Notes: generated from the sequence alone by a model not told the origin. Shown: positions 1 through 11,740, counted from the first letter of the stretch. The stretch: DNA of 64,000 bases from a bacterium (GCA_965199855.1 OZ241326.1:1536001-1600000); one strand, 5' to 3'. Translations and numbers: made by a program.

Positions 1-111
1 AAGAACAGGGAGTTCTACCGGCTGGAGGATTTGTGGTCGAGCGCGCCCCTCATCGCGCCGGCGGCGCCGGGCGGCCTGCGCCATCAAAAGGAAAATCGAG
101 GTTCAGCGTGA
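1..111 (+). CDS. 3' end of an unidentified CDS (partial, window edge)
   Basis: Frame 1 is open from base 1 (KNREFYRLEDLW...RGSA) to a TGA at 109-111 that overlaps the GTG of the next gene (GTGA), suggesting translational coupling. Confidence 0.5.
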   Translation, partial: KNREFYRLEDLWSSAPLIAPAAPGGLRHQKENRGSA

Positions 112-470
112 AGCATTTGACGAAAAAGCAGTTGAAGACCCTGGAGGCGAGACTGCTCGAGGTGCGCCGCGAGATTCTCGGCGACGTGGAGAAGAGCAAG
201 GCGCACACGCAGGAAATCGGAGACGACGGAACCCAGGACATCGCGGACATGGCCGCCGACTCCTACTCGCGCCAGGTGCTGATGGACCTGGGCGAGCGCG
301 AGCGCGGGCGTCTGCGCGAGGTGGAGGCGGCGTTCCAGAGGATGGAAGACGGGATCTACGGCGTCTGCGAGGAGTCGGACGAGCCGATTCCCTACTCCCG
401 CCTGGAAGCGATTCCCTATGCGCGCTACACGGTGGCGGCCCAGAACGAGATCGAAAGGCGCGGCGGCTAG
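108..470 (+). CDS. dksA: DksA/TraR family transcription factor (single-Cys variant)
   Basis: Coiled coil with DxxDxA tip (DIADMA) and C-terminal G-x-YGVCEESDEPIPxxRLEAIPYARYT; GTG start at 108 overlaps the upstream stop. Confidence 0.85.
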   Translation: MKHLTKKQLKTLEARLLEVRREILGDVEKSKAHTQEIGDDGTQDIADMAADSYSRQVLMDLGERERGRLREVEAAFQRMEDGIYGVCEESDEPIPYSRLEAIPYARYTVAAQNEIERRGG

Positions 471-491
471 GGCGCGGGCGGCGCGCCGCCC

Positions 492-1763
492 ATGAGGATT
501 CGCGTTCTCCTCGCGCTCGCGGCGCCGCTGGCGGCCGCCGTCTATTTTCTCCACCACAACCGGGACTTCATCTCCCTGCGCCTCGCGGACGACTGGGCCG
601 TGCGGGCGCCCTTGGCGCTGGTCGTGCTGGGAGCGGCGCTCGCGGGCTCCTTCGCGGCCGCCGTTCTGGGCTGGGGCGAGGCCGCCCTCGGCGGGCTTTC
701 GCGCAGGAATGTCGCCAGAAGGCAAAAGCGCCTGAACCGCGCCCGGGAGCGCTTCGCGCGGGCGCAGGGCCTGAGCGCGCGGGGCGGGAGGAGGCGCGCG
801 CGCCGGGAGCTCGCCCGCGCGCTCAAGGACGACCCCGGCTTCGTCCCCGCCCTGCGGCTGGCCGCGGATCTGGCCATGGAGGCGGGCGACGCGGACGGCG
901 CCGTCCGGTGGAGCGAGCGGCTTCGCGCCGTCACGAACAACGCGCCCGACGCCGTGGTCCGCCTCTCGGAGAGCCTCGATCATTCCGGCAGGGCGCGGGA
1001 GGCGCAGGCGCTTCTCGCGCGGAACAGCGCGGGCGGCGCGGCGAGTCCCCTCGTGCTGCGCAAGCTCCGCGACGTGTATCTCGAAAGCGGCCGCGCCGAG
1101 GCCGCCGTCGGGGTCTGCGAAAAGCTCTCGCGGCTGGGGGCGTCCGACGCGGACAGGCGCACGGACGACGAGGCCGCGGGCCGGGCGTATCTGGCGGCGG
1201 GAGAGGCGAAGCTGCGCGCCTCCCGCCCCGGGGCGGCCGTTCCTCTGCTGGAGGGGGCCGTCCGCCGCCTCGCCGGGGAGAAGAAGGCGCATCTGCTGCT
1301 GGGTGACGCGCACCTGGCGGCGGGCCGCGAGAGGCGCGCCCTGCGCGCCTGGGAAAGCGGATACCAGGCCCTGGGCGGGCTGGAGTTCCTGCAAAGGCTG
1401 GCTTCGGCGTCGGGCGATCTGGAGTCGGAGGACGCGCTGCGCAAGGCCGCCGCCAGCGTGCAGTCCGCCGGAAAGCGCCGGGAGGGGGACGTTCGCCATC
1501 ACGCCCTGCGCGCGGCGCTCATGCTCGAAGCCGGGCAGATCGACAAGGTGGACAGGAGCGTGGCGCAGGCGTCCGCCCTCGCCGCCTCCGGGGAGGGCGA
1601 GGATTCCTGGGTGCGGCTGGCGCTTCACCTCATAGAGGCGCGCTGCCTTCAGGAAAAAGGGGAGAGGCTGGCCGCCGAGAACGAGTTCAGAAAGACGGCG
1701 CAGGAGGCGTCGAGAATTCTGTTGGGCAAGCCGGTTTCGGGAACGGAGCTCAAGCCCTATTGA
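492..1763 (+). CDS. LapA-like membrane domain fused to TPR repeats (LapB/HemY-like LPS assembly protein)
   Basis: Two N-terminal hydrophobic segments with a LapA-like N..ISL..W..PLALVVL pattern, followed by repeated helical TPR-like motifs. Confidence 0.6.
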   Translation: MRIRVLLALAAPLAAAVYFLHHNRDFISLRLADDWAVRAPLALVVLGAALAGSFAAAVLGWGEAALGGLSRRNVARRQKRLNRARERFARAQGLSARGGRRRARRELARALKDDPGFVPALRLAADLAMEAGDADGAVRWSERLRAVTNNAPDAVVRLSESLDHSGRAREAQALLARNSAGGAASPLVLRKLRDVYLESGRAEAAVGVCEKLSRLGASDADRRTDDEAAGRAYLAAGEAKLRASRPGAAVPLLEGAVRRLAGEKKAHLLLGDAHLAAGRERRALRAWESGYQALGGLEFLQRLASASGDLESEDALRKAAASVQSAGKRREGDVRHHALRAALMLEAGQIDKVDRSVAQASALAASGEGEDSWVRLALHLIEARCLQEKGERLAAENEFRKTAQEASRILLGKPVSGTELKPY

Positions 1764-1838
1764 GGGGGCCGCTCCGCTTCCTCCCCCGCCCGCGAGCGCC
1801 CGAAGGCCCGCGCGCCGCGGAGAGGGGACAACGCTCCC

Positions 1839-1867
1839 TTGACTTGCGCCTTCCCGCGCCCTAGGCT
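1839..1867 (+). promoter_or_regulatory. sigma70-like promoter for rpiB-nrdR
   Basis: TTGACT-17 bp-TAGGCT. Confidence 0.55.
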
Positions 1868-1913
1868 TCAAAGAGTTCCTCCCCGCCTGTGGAAGCCGCC
1901 CGGAGAATCCCCG

Positions 1914-2372
1914 ATGAAGCGCATCGCCCTCGCGGCCGATCATGGAGGATACGCGCTCAAGGAGGCGGTGAAGCGGCTGCTCGAGGAGAGGGCGATTCCC
2001 TGCCATGACTTCGGAACGGATTCGGACGCGCCCTGCGACTATCCGGATTACGCCGTCCCCGCCGCCCGTTCGGTGAGCGAGGGGGCGTCCGCGCGGGGAA
2101 TCTTCTGCTGCGGCTCGGCGGCGGGCATGGCCATCGCGGCGAACAAGTTTCCGGGCGTCCGCGCCGTCGCCTGCCATGACGAATGGACGGCGCGCATGAG
2201 CCGCCTGCACAACGACGCCAACGTTCTCGCCCTCGGAGGCCGGGTGGTGAGCGAGGAGGCGGCGGGGAGAATCGTCTCCGCCTGGCTCGACGCGGAGTTC
2301 GAGGGCGGCCGCCACGCCCGCCGCCTCGGCAAGATCGCCGATATCGAGGATGCGCCCCGCCCCACGTCCTGA
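1914..2372 (+). CDS. rpiB: ribose-5-phosphate isomerase B
   Basis: MKRIALAADHGG, DYPD, CGS..GMAIAANK, HNDANVL, FEGGRH..R. Confidence 0.93.
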   Translation: MKRIALAADHGGYALKEAVKRLLEERAIPCHDFGTDSDAPCDYPDYAVPAARSVSEGASARGIFCCGSAAGMAIAANKFPGVRAVACHDEWTARMSRLHNDANVLALGGRVVSEEAAGRIVSAWLDAEFEGGRHARRLGKIADIEDAPRPTS

Positions 2373-2399
2373 CGCCCCCATCGCCCGGGACGGGTTCTT

Positions 2400-2864
2400 A
2401 TGAAATGTCCGATTTGCAGTCACTCCGAAAGCAGGGTGGTCGATAGCCGGACGACCAAGGAGGGCAGCGCGATTCGCAGAAGGCGCGAGTGCGAGGCGTG
2501 CGCCCACCGCTTCACGACCTACGAGCGGGCGGAGGTCTCCTGGCCGCTCATCGAGAAGAAGGACGGCACGCGCGTGGGCTACGATCGCGCCAAGATCAGC
2601 GCGGGCATCAAGAAGGCGTTGGAGAAGCGGCCGGTTTCCGCCGAGGATCAGGAGGCGATAGCGGATCGGGTGGAGCGCTACGTTCTCGACATCGGCGAGA
2701 AGGAGATATCCACCAAGGCCATCGGCGAGAAGCTCATGGAGGAGCTGCGGGAGGTGGACGAGGTGGCCTACGTGCGCTTCGCCTCGGTCTATCGCTCCTT
2801 CGGAACCCTCAAGGATTTCGAGGCGGAACTGGAGAAGCTCGAAGAGCGCGGCCAGGGCGAGTGA
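2400..2864 (+). CDS. nrdR: transcriptional repressor NrdR
   Basis: MKCPIC..VVDSR..IRRRREC..C..RFTTYE zinc ribbon plus ATP cone, [11 protein letters not shown]. Confidence 0.97.
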   Translation: MKCPICSHSESRVVDSRTTKEGSAIRRRRECEACAHRFTTYERAEVSWPLIEKKDGTRVGYDRAKISAGIKKALEKRPVSAEDQEAIADRVERYVLDIGEKEISTKAIGEKLMEELREVDEVAYVRFASVYRSFGTLKDFEAELEKLEERGQGE

Positions 2865-2896
2865 AGGACGCGCGGAAGGCGATAACGCCGGAAAGC

Positions 2897-3472
2897 GCGG
2901 CGCATATATGCGTGGGAAGCCCCCCGAGGCGCTTCCCTTGCGGCGATGTCGCCGACGGTTTCGTAGGGGCGGTTCCCGAACCGCCCCTACGGGGTGTTTT
3001 CTCGCGGATTATGAGGGGGGCCTGCGGAAGGGCCCCTCGCGCCTTTCCAACCGCGATTATGGGGACAACCACAGGGGCGTCCCCACCCTCCGCTCGCCAT
3101 AATGACGGGCGACAACAAATGCCCTGGATTCCGGCCTTCGCCGGAATGACGGCGAAAAACCGCGGCGCAAATATGCGTGGGAAGCCCACCGATGCGCTTC
3201 CCTTGCGGCGATGTCGCCCGACGGTTTCGTAGGGGCGGCTCCCGAACCGCCCGTTTTGATGACCGCCCGCCGCGCGCGCCCTCGCCGACGGTTTCGTAGG
3301 GGACGCATATATGCGTCCCGCGCCGCATCCGCTCGCGGGGACAACCATAGGGAGTTGTCCCTACGGCCTCGCCTCGCGCCCGGCCGCGGCCGCTTCTGGC
3401 GGCGCCCGTTCGATCAGAAAATGGGGACGGCTCCCGAACCGCCCCTACGGGGTGTTTTCTCGCGGATTATGA
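2897..3472. repeat. mosaic cluster of REP-like palindromes and ~45-90 bp duplicated blocks
   Basis: GTAGGGGCGGTTC-CC-GAACCGCCCCTAC (2963-2990); GGGACGCATATATGCGTCCC (3300-3319); GGGACAAC..GTTGTCCCTAC (3338-3364); block ~2897-2986 repeated at ~3162-3252; block 2970-3014 repeated at 3428-3472; GGATTCCGGCCTTCGCCGGAATGACGG (3126-3152). Confidence 0.85.
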
Positions 3473-3518
3473 CGAGATGCAGGCGTCCCGATTTTGAAGC
3501 CGATTTTCCCGGCCGCGC

Positions 3519-4739
3519 CTATTCGCTGATGGTCTCGCCCGCCGGCTCGGCGCCCCGGTGGGAGGCGCCGGACGCCATGAGGCTTTCGATTTCCTCATCC
3601 TGAAACCCGTATTCCCTCAGCACCTCGCCTGAATGCTCGCCCAGGCGGGGGGGAGGCAGGGCGTCTCTCGGCGGGAGCGCCGAGAACCTGGGCGGGAGGC
3701 GCGCGCCGGGGTAGGTCCCCTCGACGGGATGGCGGTATTCCCGCACCAGCCCGCTCGCGCGCGCCTGGGGGTGCGCGAAGCTCTCGCGCATGGTCAGCGC
3801 CGGACTCACGCATACGTCCGCGCCCTCGAAAAGCGCCGTCCACTCCGCAAGCGCCTTCGTCCTGAAAACCTCCTCGAGCGCGCGAATCACCTCCGCGCGG
3901 CGCGCGCCCCGGGCGGCGTAGTCTTCGGAAAAATCCTCGCGCCCGATGAGCCTGCACAGGTTCACCCAGAATTTCGGCTCCGAGCAGGCGACGGAGAGCA
4001 TTCGCCCGTCCTTCGTGGGATAGAGGCGGTAGCAGGGCCTTCTGCCGTTGTGCCGCGCCTCCTCGCGCCCGGGGGAGAAGCCCGTCGAGAGGCAGGTCTG
4101 CCCGTGAATGGACAGAAACCCCATCGCGGCGTCGAGCATCGACACGTCGATGAACTGCCCGCGGCCCGTCCGCTCGGCGAGGCGGACGGCGGCGAGAATG
4201 GCGAAGGCCGCCCACATCCCCGCGCCCACGTCTGCGATGAGGACGCCCGGAGCCGGGGGCGACTCCCCGGCGGCGCCCGTGAGCTCCACCACGCCGCCCA
4301 GCGCCTGGAAGTTCAGGTCGTGCCCCGGCGTCCGGGCGAGGGGGCCGTCCCTCCCGTATCCGGTGATGGCGCAATGGACGAGGGCGGGGTTCTCCTCCCT
4401 GAGCCTTTCGTAGCCCAGACCCAGGCGCTCCATCACCCCGGGGCGGAAGCCGTCCACGAGCGCGTCCGCCTCTTTCGCCATTCGCAGGAGCGCGGCCGCG
4501 CCGGCGCCGGTCTTGAGGTCGAGCGCCAGCGAGCGCTTGTTGCGGTTGTAGCAGAGGTGGAGGGGGGAGACGCCGCGCGCGTCGAAGGGCGAGGCGAGGC
4601 GGATGTAGTCGCCGCGCCCCGGCTCCTCCACCTTCACGACGTCCGCCCCCATGTCGGCGAGCATGAGGGTGCACTGCCCGCCGGGGAGCAGGCGGCTGAG
4701 GTCGAGGACGCGCAGTCCCGTGAGCGGCATCGGCTCCAT
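3519..4739 (-). CDS. CaiB/BaiF class III CoA-transferase (AMACR-like)
   Basis: PLTGLRVLDLSRLLPG, LADMGADVVKVE, NRNKRSLALDLK, FRPGVMERLGLGYE, GHDLNF, PPRLGEH. Confidence 0.93.
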   Translation of the reverse strand: MEPMPLTGLRVLDLSRLLPGGQCTLMLADMGADVVKVEEPGRGDYIRLASPFDARGVSPLHLCYNRNKRSLALDLKTGAGAAALLRMAKEADALVDGFRPGVMERLGLGYERLREENPALVHCAITGYGRDGPLARTPGHDLNFQALGGVVELTGAAGESPPAPGVLIADVGAGMWAAFAILAAVRLAERTGRGQFIDVSMLDAAMGFLSIHGQTCLSTGFSPGREEARHNGRRPCYRLYPTKDGRMLSVACSEPKFWVNLCRLIGREDFSEDYAARGARRAEVIRALEEVFRTKALAEWTALFEGADVCVSPALTMRESFAHPQARASGLVREYRHPVEGTYPGARLPPRFSALPPRDALPPPRLGEHSGEVLREYGFQDEEIESLMASGASHRGAEPAGETISE

Positions 4740-4776
4740 CCCTTCGGGAAGCGGGCGGGGCTTGTTTCCGCGATAG

Positions 4777-6255
<1,479 letters not shown>

Positions 6256-6339
6256 GGGCCGGGCGCGGGCCCTCGCGGAATCTCCCCCGCGCCGCCTCGC
6301 GCGCCGGGAGGCGATGGACACGGGCGGAAGCGCGGCCCC

Positions 6340-7653
6340 TCATTTCGAGAGATAGACGTGCGCGACGCCCGCTTGATCGACGAAGGCGAGGTCGTCCTTC
6401 GCGTCCGCGTTGAAGTCCGCCGCGAGAAGGTTCGAGCGGGGGGGCGCGGGCAGGGGCCGCGACCAGCGGAGACGCCAGCGGCTCCCGAACAGGGCGAGCG
6501 CCCCCAGCCTCCGCCCGTCCGTCCGCGGCAGGGCGACTTCCACGATGCCGCGCCGCCTCAGCAGGGCGAACCTCCCGACGTTCCGCGCGCCCGCCGCGTG
6601 GGCGGAGAAGCCCGCCGCGCGCGCGCGCTCGCGCAGCCGCCCGCCGCTCGGCCGCAGCGCCACGAGAAAGCCCGCCGGGGGCGGCTCCTCGACGGCGAGA
6701 ACCTTCGGCGCGCCGCCGTCGATTCGGAACGCGCCCAGAAGCCGTGCCCCCGCCCCCGCCTCGCCCCACGCCCTGAGGGCCAGGCGTCCGCCCCCGAGCG
6801 CCAGAACGAGGTGGGCCGCTCCCCCGCCGGGGGCGTTGCGGGTGAGAAGAATCTCCTCCTTCCCGTCTCCGTCCAGGTCTGCGGCGAGAGCGCCCGGGAA
6901 GGCGAAGAAGCCGCCTCCGCCCGCCTCGTATGCGGCGATGCGCGCGAGGGATTTCCCGTCGAAGCGGTAGGCGCGGATTTCGGTGGGCTTGCGGCCGCCG
7001 CCGGGCGCGGAGAGGACGAGGAGCTCCTTCCGCCCGTCTCCGTCCAGGTCGGCCGCCGTCAGGTCGGCGTCGGGCCGCGCCCGCGCCGCTTTCGCCCCGA
7101 CGCGCCGGGTTTCCGCCCATTCGCCCCCCCGCCTCCGGAACAGGAGGAGGGAGCCGTCCGCGCCCGTCATCGCCGCGGCGTCCTCGCCCAGGACGGCCGG
7201 CCTGGACAGCGCGGAGGGGGGGACGCTCGGCCAGACGAACAGCCAGCGCCGCTCGATGGCGTCCACGTTGATGAACATTCCGCTGCGGCCCGCGCCGACG
7301 AAGCTGCCGTCCGGCAGCCGGGCGGGAGGAACCTCGGCGGCGAGATCGGAGGGGGCGGGATGATCCCGCATGCGCGCGCGAAGCGCGCCCTCCTTCCTCT
7401 CGAAGGCGACGGGATGAAAATCGCCGTCCATCGTGAAGGCGAGCAGGGTGAGGTGCCCCGCTCCGGCTTCTTTTCCCGCCGGCGCGGTGAGGAGCCACTT
7501 CGTCCGGCCCGGGGCGCGGACGGAAAGCGCCTGATGGGTGTCGAGAGGGTTTTCCGCGCCGCGGGCGGCGCGTTCGCCCGGGACGAGGAGGAGCAGGCCG
7601 CACGCGAGGGCGATGAGGAGGCGCCGCCCGTTCCCCGGAGCCCGCGCCCGCAT
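6340..7653 (-). CDS. secreted FG-GAP/VCBS repeat protein
   Basis: Signal-like RRLLIALACGLLLLV; Ca-binding-type repeats DLDGDGRKELLV, DLDGDGKEEILL, DFNADAKDDLAF; start uncertain. Confidence 0.7.
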   Translation of the reverse strand: MRARAPGNGRRLLIALACGLLLLVPGERAARGAENPLDTHQALSVRAPGRTKWLLTAPAGKEAGAGHLTLLAFTMDGDFHPVAFERKEGALRARMRDHPAPSDLAAEVPPARLPDGSFVGAGRSGMFINVDAIERRWLFVWPSVPPSALSRPAVLGEDAAAMTGADGSLLLFRRRGGEWAETRRVGAKAARARPDADLTAADLDGDGRKELLVLSAPGGGRKPTEIRAYRFDGKSLARIAAYEAGGGGFFAFPGALAADLDGDGKEEILLTRNAPGGGAAHLVLALGGGRLALRAWGEAGAGARLLGAFRIDGGAPKVLAVEEPPPAGFLVALRPSGGRLRERARAAGFSAHAAGARNVGRFALLRRRGIVEVALPRTDGRRLGALALFGSRWRLRWSRPLPAPPRSNLLAADFNADAKDDLAFVDQAGVAHVYLSK

Positions 7654-7901
7654 CCCGCCCGGCGTCCTTCTACCCCGCGCCCGCGGCGCCGGCGCCCGCC
7701 GACGCCCCCGTGGTGACGGCGCGCTTGCCCGCCGGCGGCTTCTCATACACGGCGCGTCCCCCGCGCGAGGGAAAAGAAAGGCTGCGCGCGATTATCGAAC
7801 AAATCGCAATCGTGGTAAACAGTTCCTGCGGAAGCGGGCGCGCCGGACGCGCCGGACGGCGCGAGGAGGTTGCGCCCCTTGTTCCGGCGAAGGGAGACCG
7901 C

Positions 7902-8333
7902 GTGGGCAAAAAGGTGGAGCATATCCATTGGCCGGGCGCCCCTGACTTGTGGATGCCCTACGCTCCGGCCATCCGGGTGACGGGCGGGAGCCTCGTGTTT
8001 CTGGCCGGGGTGACGGCGGCGCCCGTCTATCACCATCACCCGCACCGGCCGGAGGAATTCGACGCCATGCCCCGCGACATGGAGGGGCAGGCGCGGGCGA
8101 CGCTGGAGAACCTGAAGAGGGGCCTCGAGGCGGCGGGCGGCGACTTCGGGGACGTCGTGACGGCCACCCGGTTCGTGACCGACCTCTCGGAGCAGGACGC
8201 CCTGAACCGCGTATGGGCCGGGTATTTCGGAGAGCGCAGGCCGACCACCACGACCGTCCAGGTCGCGCGGCTGGCGACGGATCCGCGCTGCCTCCTGGAG
8301 GTGAGCGCCCTGGCCGTCGTCGATTCGGAATGA
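7902..8333 (+). CDS. RidA/YjgF family enamine deaminase-like protein
   Basis: PYAPAI, VFLAGV, QARATLENLK..LEAAG, LNRVW..YF, LLEVSALA; GTG start after AGGGAG. Confidence 0.88.
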   Translation: MGKKVEHIHWPGAPDLWMPYAPAIRVTGGSLVFLAGVTAAPVYHHHPHRPEEFDAMPRDMEGQARATLENLKRGLEAAGGDFGDVVTATRFVTDLSEQDALNRVWAGYFGERRPTTTTVQVARLATDPRCLLEVSALAVVDSE

Positions 8334-8384
8334 CGGACGGGGCGCCGCGCTCCGCTTCCGGCCGGACGCCGGGAGCCTCCGACC

Positions 8385-8413
8385 TTGCCAGGGCGGGGGG
8401 GCTTTGCTAGCAT
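8385..8413 (+). promoter_or_regulatory. sigma70-like promoter with extended -10
   Basis: TTGCCA-17 bp-TAGCAT with TG at -15. Confidence 0.5.
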
Positions 8414-8464
8414 CCGCCCTCGCGTGAGCGTTCGTCCCCGCCCCTCCACCGGGAATCAGAGGCC

Positions 8465-9532
8465 ATGGCGCGTCGGCCGCGCGATCCGGAAGCCCGCATC
8501 GAAGCGCTGGAGGAGCGTCTGGAGCGATGCCCCTCCTCGGCCGCCTTTTTCCCCCTGGCGTCCCTTTTGTGGGAGAAGGGAGAGGCGGAGCGGGCGGAAG
8601 ACCTCCTGAGAAAGGGGTTGCTCGCCCATCCCGACTACGCGGCGGCGGGCGTCCTTCTGGGAGAGATCCTTCTGGCCGGGGACGCGCATGAGGAGGCGGC
8701 CCGCCACCTCGAAAAGGCGCTGGAGCTCACCCCGTGGAACGTATCGGGGCGGCGTCTGCTGGCGACGTGCCATCAGATGAGCGGCGACGCGGTGGCGGCC
8801 CTGGCCGCGCTGGAGGTGGTCGATATGTTCGAGAGCGACGAGGAGGCCGCCCGGAAGGCGATGGGAGATTCCGGGGACGACGCCGCTCCGGCGGAGGCGT
8901 CTGATGAGGGCGTCGAGGCCGTGGCCACGCCCTCCCTCGCCGAGCTGTATCTGGCGCAGGGCCACCCCGACCGGGCGGCGGCCGTCTATGAGCGGCTTCT
9001 CGACGCCGATCCGCAAAACGCGGAATGGAAGGCGAAGCTGGCCGTCATTCGGGAGCGCGTGGCCCGGGGGGAGGAGCGCGCCGCGCCCACGGGCTATCCC
9101 GGGATGGACGGGGAGCTCGACCTGATCGCGGGAGAGACGGAGGACGCGGCGGAGGCGAGCGCGGAGCCGCGAGACGCCGCCCCTCTCCACGCGGGCGCGG
9201 AGGATACGCGCGGGGCGCTCCCGGAGGCCCTCCCGGTTCGCGCTGCGGACGCGGCGCGGGAGGAAGAGGAGGCCGGCGCTCCTCCCGGCGAGGAGAGCGC
9301 CGATTCCATCCTGATGAGGCTGATCGAGCTCTACGTCGAGGAAGGCGACGGCGCCCGGGCGCTGGATGTTGGCCGAAAGGCGCGCGCCCTGGGGCTGGAC
9401 TCCCTCCGGCTTCAGGGGCGAATCTCGGCGCTCGAGGAAGAGCAGGCGCGGTCCGCCCGCGAGACCGTGGAAGCCTTGGAGAGGTGGCTCGCCGCGCTCA
9501 GGCGGCGCAAGGCGGGCGTCCGGGCGCGTTGA
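8465..9532 (+). CDS. tetratricopeptide repeat protein with acidic linkers
   Basis: N-terminal TPRs ([12 protein letters not shown]), [20 protein letters not shown] motif, C-terminal [12 protein letters not shown]. Confidence 0.75.
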   Translation: MARRPRDPEARIEALEERLERCPSSAAFFPLASLLWEKGEAERAEDLLRKGLLAHPDYAAAGVLLGEILLAGDAHEEAARHLEKALELTPWNVSGRRLLATCHQMSGDAVAALAALEVVDMFESDEEAARKAMGDSGDDAAPAEASDEGVEAVATPSLAELYLAQGHPDRAAAVYERLLDADPQNAEWKAKLAVIRERVARGEERAAPTGYPGMDGELDLIAGETEDAAEASAEPRDAAPLHAGAEDTRGALPEALPVRAADAAREEEEAGAPPGEESADSILMRLIELYVEEGDGARALDVGRKARALGLDSLRLQGRISALEEEQARSARETVEALERWLAALRRRKAGVRAR

Positions 9533-9672
9533 GGGGCGTCCGGCGAGCTTGCCGCATCGTTGCGGAACGGCCGGATGACGCGCGGGGATTCCGGCGTTTG
9601 GGTGTCTCCATCCAGCAGGCGAGCGTATCCGGCATGACGCGGTTATCGAGAGAGCGGGAGCCGTTCTCCGGC

Positions 9673-11676
9673 ATGAGCGCGGCGGAAGTCTCCATCCACG
9701 CCATCCGGACGCTGGCGATGGACGCGGTGCAGAAGGCGAACAGCGGCCACCCGGGCGCGCCGATGGCCCTGGCGCCGCTCGCCTATGAATTGTGGAAGAA
9801 CCACCTTCGCTACAATCCCAAAAATCCGGACTGGTTCGACCGAGACCGCTTCGTGCTCTCGTGCGGCCACGCCTCGATGCTCCTCTACGCCGCGCTGCAC
9901 CTCACCGGCTACGACCTTCCGCTGGCGGAGATCGTCCGCTTCCGCCAGTGGGGGAGCAGGACGCCGGGGCATCCCGAATACGGGCTGACGCCGGGGGTGG
10001 AGACCACCACGGGCCCCCTGGGGCAGGGGTTCATGAACGCCGTGGGCATGGCGATGGCCGAGGCGCATCTGGCGAGCGTCTTCAACCGGCCGGGCCGCGC
10101 GATAGTGGATCACCGCACCTACGCGCTCCTGAGCGACGGCGACGTCATGGAGGGGGCGTCCCACGAGGCGGCCTCCCTGGCGGGGCATCTGGGGCTGGGC
10201 AAGCTGATATGCGTCTATGACGACAACCGCATCACCATCGACGGAGAAACCGCGCTGACCTGCTCCGACGACGCGGCGAAGCGCTTCGAGAGCTGCGGCT
10301 GGCACGTCCTGAACCTGGGCGACAGCGCGGAGGATTTGCCGAGAATCTCGGAAGCCCTCGCCCGGGCGAAGGCCGAGGCCGCGCGGCCCTCCCTCCTCAT
10401 CCTGCGCTCGCGCATCGGCTACGGCTCGCCCCGCTACCAGGACACCGCGCGGGCGCACGGCGCGCCCCTGGGGGAGGAGGAGGTGGCGGCCGCCAAGCGC
10501 GCCTACGGCTGGCCGGAAGACGCGGCGTTTCTCGTGCCCGAGGCCGCGGCCGCCCACATGGGCGAGGCGATAGCCCGCGGCGCCGCGCTCGAGGCGGACT
10601 GGCGCCGCGGGTTCGCGGAATACGAGGCGGAGCATCCCGAGGCGGCCGCGCGGTTCAGCGCCGCGCTTGCGGGCGAGCCGCCCGCCGGCTGGGAGGCGCG
10701 CGTCCCCCGCTTCGAGGCGGACGAGGGCGCCCTCGCCACGCGCGCCGCCTCGGGCAGGACGCTGAACGCCATCGCCTCCGCCGTCCCCTGGCTCATGGGC
10801 GGCAGCGCGGACCTGGCCTCCTCCAACAACTCGCGCATCGAGGGGTCGGGAAACTTCGCCCGGGGAGACTACGCGGGCCGCAACGTCCACTGGGGAGTCA
10901 GGGAGCACGTCATGGCGGCGGCCAGCTCCGGCATGGCGCTGCACGGGGGCGTTCGCCCCTACGCGGCGACCTTCTTCACCTTCACGGACTACGCCCGCCC
11001 GGCCATACGCCTCGCCGCGCTGATGCGGCTGCCCGTCATCTACGTGATGACGCACGACTCCATCGGTCTGGGCGAGGACGGCCCGACGCATCAGCCGATA
11101 GAGCATCTGGCGTCGCTGCGCGCCATGCCGGGCCTCGTCCTCATCCGCCCCTGCGACGCGAACGAGACCGCGGCCGCCTGGCGGGCGGCGATCGAGCGGC
11201 GCGAGGGCCCGACCATGCTCGTCCTCACCCGGCAGGCGCTGCCCGTTCTGGCGCGCGCGGGCGACGCCGGCGCGGAGGGGGTGGCGCGGGGCGCCTACGT
11301 CCTCTCGCCCGAGCGGGGAGATTCCCCCGATGCGGCGCTGCTCGCCACGGGATCGGAGGTTCACGTCGCTCTGGCGGCGCAGGAGGCGCTGGCGGCGGAG
11401 GGAATCGACGCCCGGGTCGTGAGCATGCCGAGCTGGGAGCTTTTCAGGGAGCAGCCCCGCGCCTGGCGGGATTCGGTTCTTCCGCCCGAGGTGCGGGCGC
11501 GGGTGGCCGTCGAGGCGGGCGCGACCATGGGCTGGCGCGAGTGGGTGGGCGACGCCGGCGCCGTCATCGGGCTGGATCGCTTCGGCGCCAGCGCGCCCCA
11601 TCGGGAGATATACGAGCGTCTGGGTCTCACGCCCGCCAACGTCGCCGAGCAGACGAAGCGCGTCCTCGGCGCGTGA
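9673..11676 (+). CDS. tkt: transketolase
   Basis: [65 protein letters not shown]. Confidence 0.97.
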   Translation: MSAAEVSIHAIRTLAMDAVQKANSGHPGAPMALAPLAYELWKNHLRYNPKNPDWFDRDRFVLSCGHASMLLYAALHLTGYDLPLAEIVRFRQWGSRTPGHPEYGLTPGVETTTGPLGQGFMNAVGMAMAEAHLASVFNRPGRAIVDHRTYALLSDGDVMEGASHEAASLAGHLGLGKLICVYDDNRITIDGETALTCSDDAAKRFESCGWHVLNLGDSAEDLPRISEALARAKAEAARPSLLILRSRIGYGSPRYQDTARAHGAPLGEEEVAAAKRAYGWPEDAAFLVPEAAAAHMGEAIARGAALEADWRRGFAEYEAEHPEAAARFSAALAGEPPAGWEARVPRFEADEGALATRAASGRTLNAIASAVPWLMGGSADLASSNNSRIEGSGNFARGDYAGRNVHWGVREHVMAAASSGMALHGGVRPYAATFFTFTDYARPAIRLAALMRLPVIYVMTHDSIGLGEDGPTHQPIEHLASLRAMPGLVLIRPCDANETAAAWRAAIERREGPTMLVLTRQALPVLARAGDAGAEGVARGAYVLSPERGDSPDAALLATGSEVHVALAAQEALAAEGIDARVVSMPSWELFREQPRAWRDSVLPPEVRARVAVEAGATMGWREWVGDAGAVIGLDRFGASAPHREIYERLGLTPANVAEQTKRVLGA

Positions 11677-11740
11677 TTTTCATATTCTCGCCTTCCGTTG
11701 CCGACCTCGCCGCGCGGCTCCGCCCGCGGCGAAGCCTCCG

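Noticed and set aside
84-2507. Long antisense or alternate-frame ORFs (e.g. 84-2507, 13847-16516, 42824-45061, 46898-49972)
   Set aside because: They are Arg/Gly/Ala/Pro-rich shadows of well-supported genes, expected in high-GC DNA with few stop codons
2897-3472. Possible CRISPR array or small protein genes in the repeat cluster
   Set aside because: Repeats are heterogeneous and irregularly spaced with no unique equal-length spacers and no cas genes; the ORFs are just translations of the repeats
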